From Chiloscyllium plagiosum (Eukaryota), in the NCBI RefSeq assembly GCF_004010195.1, contig NC_057749.1, forward strand, positions 18,268,488 to 18,332,487: 64,000 nt of DNA, in the 5' to 3' direction. The notes below the pieces were generated by a model. That model did not search any database and was not told where the DNA came from. It saw only the letters and a program-made list of their open reading frames with translations. Position 1 is the stretch's first letter. Every line of letters begins with the position of its first letter. Of this stretch, positions 26,616 to 40,200 are shown piece by piece. A program made the translations under genes and the position numbers.

Positions 26616-27792
26616 GCAACTTATATTTCTAAGTTGGACTCACTCAGAGGATACTGGCAGGTATCTTTATCTGAAAGAATGAAGGAAATTTTGGTTTTGT
26701 GAAGCCGAATGGACTGTATCAATTTAAAGTCTTTTGGTATGAAGAATGTGCCAGCCACATTTCAAAGACTAACCAATAAAGTCATTTTGGATTACCCAAT
26801 TGTGTGATGTACATTGACGATCTGGTGATTTTTAGTTACACATGGAAAGAACATTTGGAGCACCTATTGGAATTGTTTGATCAACTTCGGGAGGTGGGCT
26901 TAGTGATAAACCTGGCTAAAAGTGAGTTCGCAAAAGCCCAAGTCACGTTTCTGAGGCGTGTCATTGGACATGGACAAATGATCCCATAGCATGTGAAAAC
27001 AAAGGTTAGTGGGAAATTCCCAAGCTATCGATGAAAAGGGAAGTACTATGATTCCTGGGATTGAGTGGTTTCTATTGGAAGTTTCTATCGAATTTTAGCA
27101 GTGTGGTTGCTCCACTGACTGACTTATTGAAGAAGTGCAGTAGGTTTCAGTGGATGGCAGACTGTCAGAAGGCTTTTGATAGCCTGAGAGCTGTGTTAAC
27201 CACTGCCCCAGTGTAAGCCACACCTAATTACGCAAAGCCATTCAAGGTGGCTATCGATGAGTGATGTGGGAGTCAGTGCCGTGCTCTTGCAAGAAGTCGA
27301 TGAACAGATAGAAAGACAGGGTATTTTTCCAGAAAATTGAATAATCATCAACTGAAATATTCCACAATTGAGAAGGAGACTTGAGTTTGGGGTTGGCGTT
27401 GAAATATTTCAACATTCATATTATCAGTAATGTGTCTGAAATGATTGCATATACTGATCATAACATTATATTTTTTGGATAAATTTAAGGATAAAAAAAC
27501 CAGACTGCTTGAATGGAGCTTATTATTGGAGCCATTTAATTTGAAAATTATACACGTGACAGGATGAGAGAATGTAATTGCTGCTATGTTGTTATGAGTT
27601 GATGAAGGAAGATGACGGTGTTCGGGAGCAGGAGAAAACAGACTGGAATGGACTGGAGTAGTGAATGTTTGCATGCTTAGAGTCAATGTATATGTATTGT
27701 AGCGGACTAATGGAGTAAGACTAAAGGTTTTAACAATGAATCTATCTTTGTATATTGATGGTTCATTTCTTTTTGAGTCGGCGGGGGGGGAT

Positions 27793-28720
27793 TGTAACGA
27801 TACTGCAGCTTTAAGAGATGTATTTCTCCTTTTTCTGTGAAGCAAAGTTGAGGCAGAGGAAAGGAGTGGTCTGCTTAAAGCCAATAAAATAAACAGCTTG
27901 TGAGACCTTGGGGTTTTTTAAAAAATTGGAACAACAGATGCAGCCTGATTGGGTTGGGTCAAGGCCCTACAGATCGAGGATTTTTAGTTTTAGCTTTCAG
28001 CAGTTGCTGGGGTTTTGAAAGCTGGATGTGGAAGCTCTTATTGCTCTCTCTCTTACAGCTAATAGCTGGGGTTCCCTTCCTGTTGCTAGAATCACATGTG
28101 AGACAATCTATTTTACTAAATTTGCCTTTGCCAAGGGTGTGTTTCTAGGATTGGAACAATTAATTAGGAGGAGTTTACATACGTTATTTCGTTAAACATT
28201 TTGACAGTTACAGTTAAGTCAAATATTTTCTTTTCTTTTTATTTTGTCTGTACAGGTGGAAGATCCTTTATCCAAAATGCTCGGGACCAGCTGTTTTTTG
28301 GAATGTGGAATTTTTCGGTTTTCAGAATAGTGACAGTTTAATGGTGAAATTTTTAAAAATCTTACCGGAGATGTAGACTTCTAATTAAGAACGTGCTTGG
28401 CCACCTCACACACACACGTCGCATCTGAGTGACACACGTCAAGAGGGTGTCGACTTGGGGCATTCACAGTGAAACCCCAGGCCTGTTGGTGCTTAGCCAC
28501 GCCCCCAATGTCACATCTGAGTGACACGCATTGAGTGGCTGTCGACTTGGGTTAACTATTTGCTTGCCAAACAACCTTGTTAATGAGAAAAAAGCTTCAC
28601 AGAATAACCTTTGGATTTTGGAACTTTTCGGTTTTTGGATGTTCGAATAAAGGACCTTCTACCTGTATTTTAATTATGGAGTAAAATTACAGTATATTTT
28701 GTTTGAAGTTGAGTAGTTTT
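27793..28720 (+). mobile_element. Probable 3' LTR of the Gypsy (right end uncertain), interrupted by a MITE
   Basis: TGTAAC start immediately after the polypurine tract. Confidence 0.55.
28253..28665. mobile_element. Tigger/pogo-like MITE, 413 bp
   Basis: TA|CAGGTGGAAGATCCTTTATCCAAA ... TTCGAATAAAGGACCTTCTACCTG|TA; also an internal direct repeat of about 65 bp. Confidence 0.85.
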
Positions 28721-30604
28721 TATTTTCCCCGTCTGTATTCTTCAGCTCCAGAGATTTTTGATACTCCAGATCTATCAGTTCTTTTAGCTCAGCTCCAAAC
28801 ATTTCTAGATCTGTCTCAGCTTCTGTGCAGTGGCCTTTGTTACCCCCGTCTTGCCAATCATTCTACTATTCTCCTGGCCAGCTTCACAAACACTTTCCAT
28901 TCCTGTGTTAACTTACGTTGTTCTATAATTCTGCTACCAGTGTCCTAACTTGCACCAGTTCACGTTCACTCACCAGCTCTACACTTGCTGGACCTTCATT
29001 GACTCCCAATCTGGCAACACCTCAGTGTTAAAATATTCGTCATTAATCTCTAATCCTTCGAGGTCTTGTCCCTCCCTCTCTGTGTTTTTAAAAAATGTAT
29101 TCATTCACAGGATGAGGACATCACCGCTAGGCCAGTATATATTGCCCATCCCTATTTGTCCAGAGGGCAGTTAAGAATCAAACACATTGCTGTGGGTCTG
29201 GAGTCACTTGTAGGTCAGACCAAGTGAGGATAGTCTGAAGTACAGTAATGAATCAGATGGGATTATTTTCCCCTTGGCCATGGTCAATGGTTTCGAGTTT
29301 TCTCCCATGTGCTTTGGGGTTTCCCCAGATACTGCTCCTGGTTTTCCTCTGCTCCAGCTATTTCTCCTGCTCCATCTCCAGGTTTTCACTGCACCACTCT
29401 GGATTTTCCTTGCTCCACTGACAGGATTTTTCTGTTCTGCTGCAACTGTTCTGGGCTCTGCTCCATGTTTTCCTTATGTTCAGGGTTTCTGACTTGGATT
29501 TGCACAGGGTTTTCCACAGTGTACAGGAGGTTGAAGGTAGTGAGGTCATATATAAGGTCTCAAGTCACAAGAGTGTAACGGCAAGCAGGAAGGTGGTTTG
29601 AAGTGGGTCTACTTCAACGCCAGGAGCATCTGGAATAAGGTGGGGAACTTGCAGCGTGGGTTGGTACCTGGGACTTCGATGTTGTGGCCATTTCGGAGAC
29701 ATGGTTAGAGCAGGGACAGGAATGGTTGTTGCAAGTTCCAGGTTTTAGATGCTTCAGTAAGAACAGAGAAGATGGTAAAAGAGGGGGAGGTGTGGCATTG
29801 TTGGTCAAGGACAGTATTACGGTAACAGAAAGGAGGTTTGATGAGGACTCATCAACTGAGGTCGTATGGGCTGAGGTTAGAATTAAGAAAGAAGAGGTCA
29901 CCCTATTGGGAGTTTTCTATAGGTGTCCGAAAAGTTCCAGAGATGCAAAGGAAAGGATTGCAAAGATGCTTCTTGGTAGTTGATATGCGGGACTTTAACT
30001 TTCCAAATATTGACTGGAAATGCTATAATTCGGGTGCTTTACATGGGTCAGTTTTTGTCCAATGTGTGCAGGAGGGTTTCCTAACACAGTATGTAGACAG
30101 GCCAACAAGAGGCGAGGCCACGTTGGATTGGTACTGGGTAATGAACCAGGCCAGGTGTTAGATTTGGAGGTAGGTGAGCACTTTGGTGATGGTGACCGCA
30201 ATTCGGTTATGTTTACTTTAGCGATGAAAAAGGTATATATCACGGAGCAAGAGTTACAGCTGGGGGAAAGGCAATTATGATGCGATTAAGCAAGATTTAG
30301 GATGCATAGGATGGAGCAGGAAACTACAGGGGGTGGGCACAATTGAAATGTGGAGCTTGTTTAAGGAACAGCTACTCTGTATCCTTGATAAGGTGTACCT
30401 GTCTGGCAGGGAGGAAGTGGTCGAGTGAGGTTTACTAAAGAAGTTGAAAATCTCTTCAAGAGCAAGAAGAAGGCTTATGTTAGGATGAGGTGTGAAGGCT
30501 CAGTCAAGGCATTTGAGAGTTACAAGTTAGCCAGGAAGGACCTAAAGAGAGAGCTAAGAAGAGCCAGGAGGGGACACGAGAAGTCTTTGGCAGATAGGAT
30601 CAAG

Positions 30605-30912
30605 GCGGCACGGTGGCACAGTGGTTAGCACTGCTGCCTCACAGCGCCAGAGACCCGGGTTCAATTCCCGCCTCTGGCGACTCTCTGTGTGGAGTTTGCA
30701 CATTCTCCCCGTGTCTGCGTGGGTTTCCTCCGGGTGCCCCGGTTTCCCCCCCACAGTCCAAAAATGTGCAGGTTAGGTGAATTGGCCGTGCTAAATTGCC
30801 CGTAGTGTTAGGTGTAGGGGAAAGGGTCTGGGTGGGTTGTGCTTCGGTGGTCAGTGTGGACTGGTTGGGCTGAAGGGCCTGTTTCCATACTGTAAATAAT
30901 CTAATCTAAACT
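30605..30912 (+). mobile_element. HE1-like SINE, well preserved
   Basis: GGCACGGTGGCACAGTGGTTAGC...GGTTCAATTCC; TAATC-repeat tail. Confidence 0.92.
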
Positions 30913-30959
30913 AAAACCTCTAAGGCTATAAGTATGTCAGGAATAAACAAATGACTACT

Positions 30960-33172
30960 AGGGTGGTTATGGTGGGGAATTTTAACTTTCCAAACATAAA
31001 CTGGGACTGCCATAGTGTTAAGGATTTAGATGGAGTTGAATTTGTTAAGTATGTACAAGACAATTTTCTGATTCGGTATGTGGATTTACCAACTAGAGAA
31101 GATGCAAAACTTGACCTACTCTTGGGAAATAAGGCAGGGCAGGTGACTGAGGTGACAGTGGGGAAGCACTTTGGGGCCAGCGACCATAATTCTAAAATAG
31201 TGATGGAAAAGGATCGACCAAATCTAAAAGTTGAAGTTCTAAATTGGAGGAAGGCCAATTTTGATGGTATTAGGCAAGAACTTTCAAAAGCTGACTGGGG
31301 ACAGATGTTCGCAGGTAAAGGGACGGTTGGAAAATGGGAAGCCTTCAGAAATGAGATGATGAGAGCCAAAGACAGTATATTCCTGTTAGGGTGAAAGGAA
31401 AGTTTGGTAGGTGTTGGGAATGCTGGATGATGAGAGAAATTGAGAGGTTGGCTAAGAAAAAAGAAGGAAGCATATGTCAAGTATAGACAGGATAGATCGA
31501 GTGAATCCTTAGAGTATAAAGGCATTAGGAGTATACTTAAGAGAGAAATCAGGAGGGCAAAAAGGGGACATGAAATAGCTTTGGCAAATAGGGTAATGGA
31601 GAATTCAAAGGGTTTTTACAAATACATTAAGGACAAAAGGGTAACTAGGGAAAGAATAGGGCACCTCAAAGATCGGCAAGGCATTGAGTATTTTGCATCA
31701 GTGTCCACTGTGGAGAAGGACATGGAAGATATAGAATGTAGGGAAATAGATGGTGAAAAATGTCCATATTACAGAGGAAGAAGTGCTGGATGTCTTGAAA
31801 CGCATAAACGTGAATATTCCCCAGGACCTGATCAGGTGTACCCGAGAACAATGTGGGAAGGTAGGGAAGTGATTGCTGGACCCCTTGCTGAGATATTTGT
31901 ATCATCAATAGTCACAGGTGAGGTACCAGAAAACTGGAAGTTGGCAAACGTGGTGCCACTGTTTAAGGACAAGCCAGGGAACTATAGACCGGTGAGCCTG
32001 ATGTTGGTGGTCGGCAAGTTGTTGGAGGGAATCCTGAGGGACAGGATGTACATGTATTTGGAAAGGCAAGGACTGATGAGGGATAGTCAACATGGCTTTG
32101 TGAATGGGAAATCATGTCTCACAAACTTGATTGAGTTTTTTGAAAAAGTAACAAAAAGGATTGATGAGGCCAGAGTGGTGGATGTGATCAATATGGACTT
32201 TGGTAAGGTATTCGACAAGGTTCCCCATGGGAGACTGATTAGCAAGGTTAGATCTCGTGGAATACAGGGAGAACTAGCCATTTGGATACAGAACTGGCTC
32301 AAAGGTAGAAGACAGAGGGTGGTGGTGGAGGGTTGCTTTTCAGACCCAAGGCCTGTGACCAGTGGTGTGCCACAAGGATCGGTGCTGGGTCCACTACTTT
32401 TCGTCATTTATGTAAATAATTTGGATGTGAACAGAGGAGGTATAGTTGGTAAATTTGCAGATGACACCAGAATTGAAGGTGTAGTGGACAGCGAGTTACC
32501 TCAGATTACAACGGGATCTTGATCAGATGGGCCAATGGGCTAAGGAGTGGCAGATGGAGTTTAATTTAGATAAATGCAACGTGTTGCATTGTTGCGGCTG
32601 TACAGGACATTGGTTAGGCCACTGTTGGAATATTGCATGCAATTCTGGTCTCCTTCCTATTGGAAGGATTTTGTGAAACTTGAAAGGGTGCAGAGAAGAT
32701 ATACAAGGATGTTGCTAGGGTTGGAGAATTTGAGCTACAGGGAGATGCTGAACAGGCTGGGGTTGTTTTCCCTGGAGCATTGGAGGCTGAGGGGTCATCT
32801 TAGAGAGGTTTATAAAATCATGAAGGGCATGGATAGAGTAAATAGACAAGGTATTTTCCCTGGGGTGTGGGAGTCCAGAACTAGAGGGCATAAGTTTAGG
32901 ATGAGAGGGGAAATTATATAAAAGAGACCTAAAGGGCAACTTTTTTACACAGAGGGTGGTACGCGTATGGAATGAGCTGCCAGAGGAAGTTGTGGAGACT
33001 GGTACAATTGCAACATTTAAAAGGCATCTGGATGGGTATATGAATAGGAAGGGTTTGGAGGGATATGGGCCAGATGCAGGCAGGTGGGACTAGATTGGGT
33101 TGGGATATCTGGTCAGCATGGACGAGTTGGACCCCGAAGGGTCTGTTTCTGTGCTGTACATCTCTATTACTC
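30960..33172 (+). mobile_element. Second CR1/HER1 copy nested in the first
   Basis: ORFs 30951, 31440 and 32574: [37 protein letters not shown], and complete 3' tail. Confidence 0.92.
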
Positions 33173-35294
33173 TAAGATTAGGGCCAGTAAAGGACAGTAG
33201 TGGGAAGTTGTGTGTGGAGTCCCAGGAGATAGGAGAGGCGCTAAATGAATATTTTTCATCAGTATTCAGACAGGAAAAAATAAACGTTGTGGAGGAGAAT
33301 ACTGAGATACAGGCTACGAGACTAGACGGATTGAGGTTCATAAGGAGGAGGTGTTAGCAATTTTGGAAAGTGTGAAAATAATAAGCCCCCTGGGCCGGAT
33401 GGGATTTCTTCTAAGGGAGGAGATTGCAGAGTCTTTGGCTTTGATCTTTATTTCGTCATGGTCTACAGGAATAGTACCAGAAGACTGGAGGATAGCAAAT
33501 GTTGTTCCCGTGTTCAAGAGGGGGAGTAAAGACAACCCTGGGAATTACAGACCAGTGAGCATTACTTTGGTTGTAGGTAAAGTGTTGGAACGGATTATAA
33601 GAGATAGGATTTATAATCATCTAGAAAGGAATAATTTAATTAGGGATAGTCAACACGGTTTTGTGAAGAGTAGGTTGTGCCTTACAAACCTATTGAGTTC
33701 TTTGAGAAGGTAACCAAACAGGTGGATGAGGTTAAAGTGGTTGATGTGGTGTGGTAGGCTATTGCACAAAATATGAAGGCATGGGATTGAGGGTGATTTA
33801 GCAGTTTGGATCAGAAGTTGGCTAGTTGTAAGAATACAGAGGATGGTGGTTGATGGGAAATGTTCATCCTGGAGTTCAGTTACTAGCGGTGTACCACAAG
33901 GATCTGCTTTGATGTCACTGCTGTTTGTCATTTTTATAAATGACCTGGATGAGGACGGAGAAGGATGGGTTAGTATATTTGCGTATGACACTGAGTTCGG
34001 TGGAGTTGTGGACAGTGCGGAAGGATGTTGCAGGTTATAGATGGACATAGATAAGCTGCAGAGTTGGGCTGAGAGGTGGCAAATGGAGTGTAATGCAGAA
34101 AAGTGTGAGGTGATTCACTTTGGAAGGAGTAACAGGAATACGGAGTACTGGGCTAATGGTAAGATTCTTGGTAATGTAGTTGAGCAGAGAGATCTCAGTG
34201 TTAATGTGCATACATCCCTGAAAGTTGCCACCCAGGTTGATAGGGTTGTTAAGGAGGCATACGGTGTGTTAGTTTTTATTGGTAGAGAGATTGAATTTCG
34301 GAACCATGGGATCATGCTGCAGCTGTACAAAACTCTGGTTTTGCACATGGAGTATTGTGTAGAGTTCTGGTCACGGCATGGCTGGAAGGATATGGAAGCA
34401 TTGGAAAGGGTGCAGAGGAGATTTACCAGGATGTTGCCTGGTATGAAGGGAAGGTCTTATGAGGAAAGGCTGAGGGACTTGAGGCTGTTTTCGTTAGAGA
34501 GAAGGTTGAGAGATGACTTAGTTGAGACATACATGATGATCAGAGGGTTAGATAGGGTGGACTTTTTCCTCGGATAGTGATGGCTAGCATGAGGGGACAT
34601 AGCTTTAAATTGAGGGATGATAGATATAGGACAGATGTCAGAGGTAGTTTCTTTACTCAGAGTAGTAGGGGTGTGGAACACACTGCCTGCAACAGTTGTA
34701 GACTCGCCAACTTTAAGGGCATTTAAATGGTCATTGGATAGACATATGGACGAAAATGGAATAGTATAGGTTAGGCGGGCTTCAGATTGGTTTTACAGGT
34801 CGCACAACATCGAGGGCCAAGGGCCTGTATTGCGCTGGAATGTTCTATGTACTCTGCTTTGGTTGTTCTCACTTTACTCCAGATGTTCCTTGCTGCACTC
34901 CAGGTTTTTCCCACACCACTCAGTGTATTCAATGCTCTGATCTGAGTTTCCGTTGCTCAGCTCTGAGTTTTCTCTGCTCTGATACAGGGAATTCTTTTCC
35001 CCAGCTTTGTTCTCAGATTTTGCCTTTCCACTCCAACATTTCCAAAACCAAACACAGAAAAAGCTGGAGAAACTCAGCAGGACTGGCAGCATCTATGGAG
35101 AGAGAGAGTCATGAAGGTAGACAACTCAGAAATAGGCCCTCTGGCCCAACTCATCCATGTTGACCAGGTGTCCTAAACTGAACTAGTCCTATTTACCTGT
35201 GTTTAGCCCATATCCCAATCAACCTTTCCTATCCATGTCCCTGTCCAAATGTCTTTGAAATGTTATAATTGTACCCACCTCTGCCACTTTGCTC

Positions 35295-36232
35295 ACATTA
35301 GTGAGCAATATTAGGGCACATGGTATTGGGGGCAAAGTACTAACTTGGATTGAAAGTTGGTTGGCTGATAGGAAACAAAGAGTAGTGATAAACGGCTCCA
35401 TTTCGGAATGGCAGGCAGTGACCAGTGGAGTACCGCAGGGATCAGTACTGGGACCACAGCTTTTTACAGTATATGTTAATGATATAGAAGATGGTATTAG
35501 TAATAACATTAGCAAATTTGCTGATGATACAAAGCTGGGTGGCAGGGTGAAATGTGAGGAGGATATTAGGAGATTACAGGGTAACCTGGACAGGTTAGGT
35601 GAGTGGTCAGATGCATGGCAGATGCAGTTTAATGTGGATAAGTGTATGGTTATCCACGTTAGTGGCAAGAATAGGAAGGCAGATTACTACCTAAATGAAA
35701 TCAATTTAGGTAAAGGGGCAGTACAGAGAGATCTGGGTGTTCTTGTACACCAGTCAATGAAGGCAAGCATACAGGTATAGCAGGTAGTGAAGAAGGCTAA
35801 TAGCATACTGGCCTTCATAACAAGANNNNNNNNNNNNNNNNNNNNNNNNNNNNNNNNNNNNNNNNNNNNNNNNNNNNNNNNNNNNNNNNNNNNNNNNNNN
35901 NNNNNNNNNNNNNNNNNNNNNNNNNTGCCGAACCAGAGGACACAGTTTAAAAATAAGGGATAGGCCATTTAGGACAGAGATGAGGAGAAACTTCTTCACC
36001 CAGAGAGTGGTGGCTGTGTGGAATGCTCTGCCCCAGAGGGCAGTGGAGGCCCACTCTCTGGATTCATTTAAGAAAGAGTTGGATAGAGCTCTCAAGGATA
36101 GTGGAATCAAAGGTTATGGAGATAAGGCAGGAACAGGATACTGATTGAGGATGATCAGCCATGATCATATTGAATGGCGGTGCAGGCTCGAAGGGCTGAA
36201 TGGCCTACTCCTGCACCTATTGTCTATTGTTC
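35295..36232 (+). mobile_element. CR1 RT fragment nested in a minus-strand CR1 tail
   Basis: [18 protein letters not shown]...KFADDTKLGG; (CTATTGT)n tail. Confidence 0.92.
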
Positions 36233-36834
36233 TATTGTACTTCCTCTAGCAGCTCGTTCCATACACGCAACACCCTCTGTGTGAAAATGTTGGACCTCTG
36301 GTTCCTTTTAAATCTTGCCCCTCTCACCCTAAACCTATTCCCTCTTGTTTTGGAAAAGACCTTATCCATTCATCTTATCTATGTTCCTCGTGATTTTATA
36401 AACCTCTAGAAGTTAATGTTTCGAGTCTGATATCACTTCTTTTGAACTTCAGATTCCGGTTTTAGATTTCTAGCATCAACAATATTTTGTTTTTTATCCA
36501 AGATTTCCTGGCAGTGCTGTAGGTTTTCCAACTGAACTCCAAGTCTCCTGTTCAGTTCCAGCTTTCCATGGCTCTGCTATGGGTTTTCCCCGCTTCACAA
36601 TACGTTTGAACATCCTGCTTCTCATTTCCACAGCTGCAGTCTGCATTTTCCTCACCCTGCTCTGGATGTTCCTGAGAACTCCTCTGCATTTTCCTCACCC
36701 TGCTCTAGGTTTTTCCCACCGCAATTCAATATTTTTTCAGCTGTATTCCGGAATTGCATGGCTCCACGCCAGGTTCTACTTGCTCCGGTTCAGATATTCA
36801 CTTGATCACTCCGAGTTTTCTCTGGTGCCGCTTT

Positions 36835-37145
36835 AGATTAGATTACTCACAGTGTGGAAACAGGCCCTTCGGCCCAACAAGTCCACACCGACCCTCCAAA
36901 GAGCAACCCACCCAGACCCATTCCCCTACATTTATCCCTTCACCTAACACCACGGGCAAATTTAATATGGCCAATTTACCTGACCCGCACATCTTTTGAC
37001 TGTGGGAGGAAACCAGAGCACCCAGAGGAAACCCACGCAGACACGGGGAGAATGTGCAAACTCCACACAGTCACCTGAGGTGGGAATTGAACTCGGGTCT
37101 CTGGCGCTGTGAGGCAGTAGTGCTAACCACTGTGCCACCGTGCCA
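36835..37145 (-). mobile_element. HE1-like SINE
   Basis: Reverse complement of the SINE consensus in this window. Confidence 0.9.
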
Positions 37146-37299
37146 CCTGTGCAGCTCTGGACTTCCCCTCTCTGGGGTTTCCTTATTCCTATCTGGGTAT
37201 TCCTTGTTCGGCTGTATGGCTTTTCTCTGGATTTTCTCACTCTGATCTGTGTAAAAACACAGCAGCTACGAGCATGAGTAGGCTATTCAGCCCCTCGGT

Positions 37300-37595
37300 C
37301 AGGGGTTGCACCTTCTGTGGTTACATGGGACGGTGCCGGGGGATGGGGGAGTGGTCATTGAGAAATGGACGAAGGTGTCCCTGAGGGAACAGTCCTTGCA
37401 AAATGCATATAGTGAGGTGAGGGGAACATATAATGTGAAGGTGAGGACTGTAGATGCTAGAGAGGTTGAAGTCGAAAAGAGTGGCGCAGCATCCGAGGAG
37501 CAGGAGAGGACATAAACCCAAAAGGTTGACTCTCCTGCTCCTCGGATGCTGCCTGACTTGTTGTGCTTTTCCAGCACCACTCTTTTCGACTCAAA
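37300..37595 (-). mobile_element. PLE fragment (pre-GIY-YIG linker) plus a degenerate mini-PLE hairpin (about 37436-37592)
   Basis: SLRDTFVHFS..PGTVPCNHRRC; inverted CAGCATCCGAGGAGCAGGAGA / TCTCCTGCTCCTCGGATGCTG. Confidence 0.65.
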
Positions 37596-37744
37596 TATGT
37601 AATGTGATAAGGAGCTTAGGAATATGTGGGAATGGGTGACTGTGGTAAAACAGCCCATGTCATAACAAGGTTGGGAGTGGGGTGGATAAAAAAACATGGA
37701 AGGAATCAGGCTCTAAAGTTATTGAACTCAGTGTTGAGTCCGAG

Positions 37745-40200
37745 ACTCATAGAGTCCTACAGCACAGAGTCAGGCCTTTTGGTCCAAACTGGTCCATGCC
37801 GACCAAAATGTCCATCCACACTAACCCCATTTCCCTGCACTTGGCCCATATCCTTCTAAATCTTTCCTATCCATGTATTTTTTCAAATGCGTTTTACATG
37901 TTGTTAATGTAGCTGCCTCAACCCATTCCACTGGCAGCTTATCCCATATGCGTACTAGCCTCTGTGTAAAATGGTTGCTCCTCAGGTTCCCTTTTATTCT
38001 TTCCCCTCTAACCTTTAACTGAAGCCCTGTTGTCCTTGATTCCCTAACCTGGGAAAACTATTGAGTGCATTCATCCTATCCATGCCTCTCATGATCGTAT
38101 ACACCTCTATAAGATCTCCCCCCTCAGTCTCCTATGCTCTAAAGAAAAAATCCCAGCTTGTCCAACCTTTCCCTATAACTCAGACCGTTGAGTTCAAGCA
38201 ACATTCTTATAAATTTCGTCTGTACTCTTTCTAGTTTAATAACATACTTCCTATAGCAAGGTGATCAAAATGAACATAATACTCCAAATGTAGCCTCACC
38301 ATCGTCTTGTATAACTGCAATGTAACTTCCCAACTTCTATACACAATGAAGGACTTATGAAGGCCAGTGTGCCAAAAGCCTTCTTCACTGCCCTGTCTGC
38401 CCGTGACTACACTTTCAGAGAACCATGCACCTGAACACCAAGATCCCTCTGTACTGCTACACTCCTTAAGGCTCTACCATTCATCAAGAAACTCCTGCCT
38501 TGATTTGACTTTCCAAAATGCAAGACCTCACACTTATCTATGTTAAACTCCATTGGCCATTTCACGGCCCACTTCCCCAGCTGATCAAGGTCCTGCTGCA
38601 ATTTCTAATAACCTTCCTCACTGTCCACAATACCGTCTTAAAGGCTGCAGGGTCCCCAAGTGGAAAATGGGATGTTGTTCTTCAAGCTTGCACTGAGGCT
38701 CTCTGGAACACTGCAGCAGGCCTGAGATAGAAGTGTTGGCATGGAAACACGGTGATGTGCTGAAGGGGCAGGAAACTGGAAGCTCAGGAACATTGTTGCT
38801 GATGGAGCGTAGGTGTTCTCCAAATGTTCACCCAGCCTGCATTTCATCTCCACAATGTAGAGGAGACCACGTTGTCAACAGCATCCAGCACTATCTGTGA
38901 TAGTCGATTTCACAGGCTCACCACTCTCTGGGTGAAGACATTTCTCCTGATCTCTGTCCTAAATGGCCTAGCCTGTGTGTTAAACTGTGACCCTGATCTG
39001 GACACCCCCCCACCATCGGGAACATCTTTCCTGCCTGGATCTGTTGGAATTTTATAGATTTCTATGAGATACGCCTGCATTCTTATGAACTCCAGTGAAT
39101 ACAATTCTAACCAACTCAATCTCTCCTCACACATCAAGCCTGCCATCCCAGGAATCAACTTGTTAAACCTTCACTGCACTCGGGTCTATTCGCAAAAACA
39201 TCCTTCCTCAGATAAGGAGACCAAAATTGTACACAATATTCTAGATGCGGCCTCACTAATGCTAATAATTGCAGCAAGACATTCTTGTTCCTATATTTGA
39301 ATCCTCTTATTATGAAGGGCTTTCTTGACTGTTGCACCTTTGAGCTTACTTTCAGAAAATGGTGCACAAGGGCAGCCAAGTCTCATTGAATATTCCCCTT
39401 TCTCAGTTTATAGCCATTCTAATAATAATCTGCCTTCCTATTTTTGCTAACAAATTAGATAACCTCACATTTGGGCGCCCACTTTAGGGTGGCACGGTGC
39501 CTCACAGCGCCAGAGACCCGGGTTCAATTCCAGCCTCGGGCGACTGTCTGTGTGGAGTTTGCCCTTCATCCCCGTGTCTGCGTGGGTTTCCTCCGGGTGC
39601 TCCAGTTTCCTCCCACAATCTAGAGATGTGCAGGTGAGGTGGATTGGCCCATGCTAAATTGCCCGTTGTGTTCAGGGATGTGCAGGTTAGGTGCATTAGT
39701 CCAGGTTAAATGTTGAGTAATAGGGGAATGGGTCTGGGTGGGTTACTCTATGGAAGGTCAGGGTGGACCTGTTGGGCTGAAGGGCCTGTTTCCACACTGT
39801 AGGGATTCTAATTCTAAAATAGAAAATTCTACTTCTAATTTATCCACATTCTATAGTATCTGCATTTTTCCAGTCAGTCATTGAAATCAAAACGCAACAT
39901 CTCCTTACAGCTCAGCTTTCAGACAGTTTTGTGTCTTCCACAAACTTTGAGATATTACATTTAGGTTCCTCATCTAAATAATTAACATACAATGTGAGTA
40001 GCTGAGGTCCTACAATCGATCCTCGTGGTACCCCACTGGCCATTCAGAAAAATAGCATTTATTCTTTGTTTCCTGCCTGCTAAATAATTTTCTCTCAATA
40101 CACTATCCCCAATCCCAAGTGCTTTGTCTAAACACATCAATCCCTTCCATGGGACCATGTTCAAAGCATTCTGACAGTCCAAGTATTAATTTCATCTTTC
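37745..40200 (-). mobile_element. Cluster of minus-strand CR1 fragments with a PLE GIY-YIG fragment (about 38635-38870) and a + strand HE1 SINE (about 39488-39815)
   Basis: [52 protein letters not shown] body. Confidence 0.8.

Larger units (their letters stand above)
23050..27792 (+). mobile_element. Gmr1-like Ty3/Gypsy internal region, pseudogenised: SCAN-like gag, then integrase, then RT/RNaseH
   Basis: Gag YEEMKKAILNAYELGPEAYRQHFR...IILEEFKNSL. Integrase IDCVGTLPKTKSGYQYLLTIMDASTRFPEAIP and YHPESQGALE (about 24900-25560). RT PIKQHPYRLNP..WSSPIVMVP, YIDDLVIFS (25739-26990). RNaseH YSTIEKE. Purine tract at about 27781-27791. Confidence 0.9.
29550..34850 (+). mobile_element. CR1 ORF2 (EN-RT), split by an HE1 SINE and a second CR1
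   Basis: EN YFNARSI..VVAISETWL..GGGVALLVK; resumes at about 33173 (LGPVKDSSGKLC) with [17 protein letters not shown] and the 3' tail. Confidence 0.9.

Noticed and set aside
31440..32522. Functional reverse transcriptase gene
   Set aside because: It is a CR1 fragment with deletions and frameshifts.
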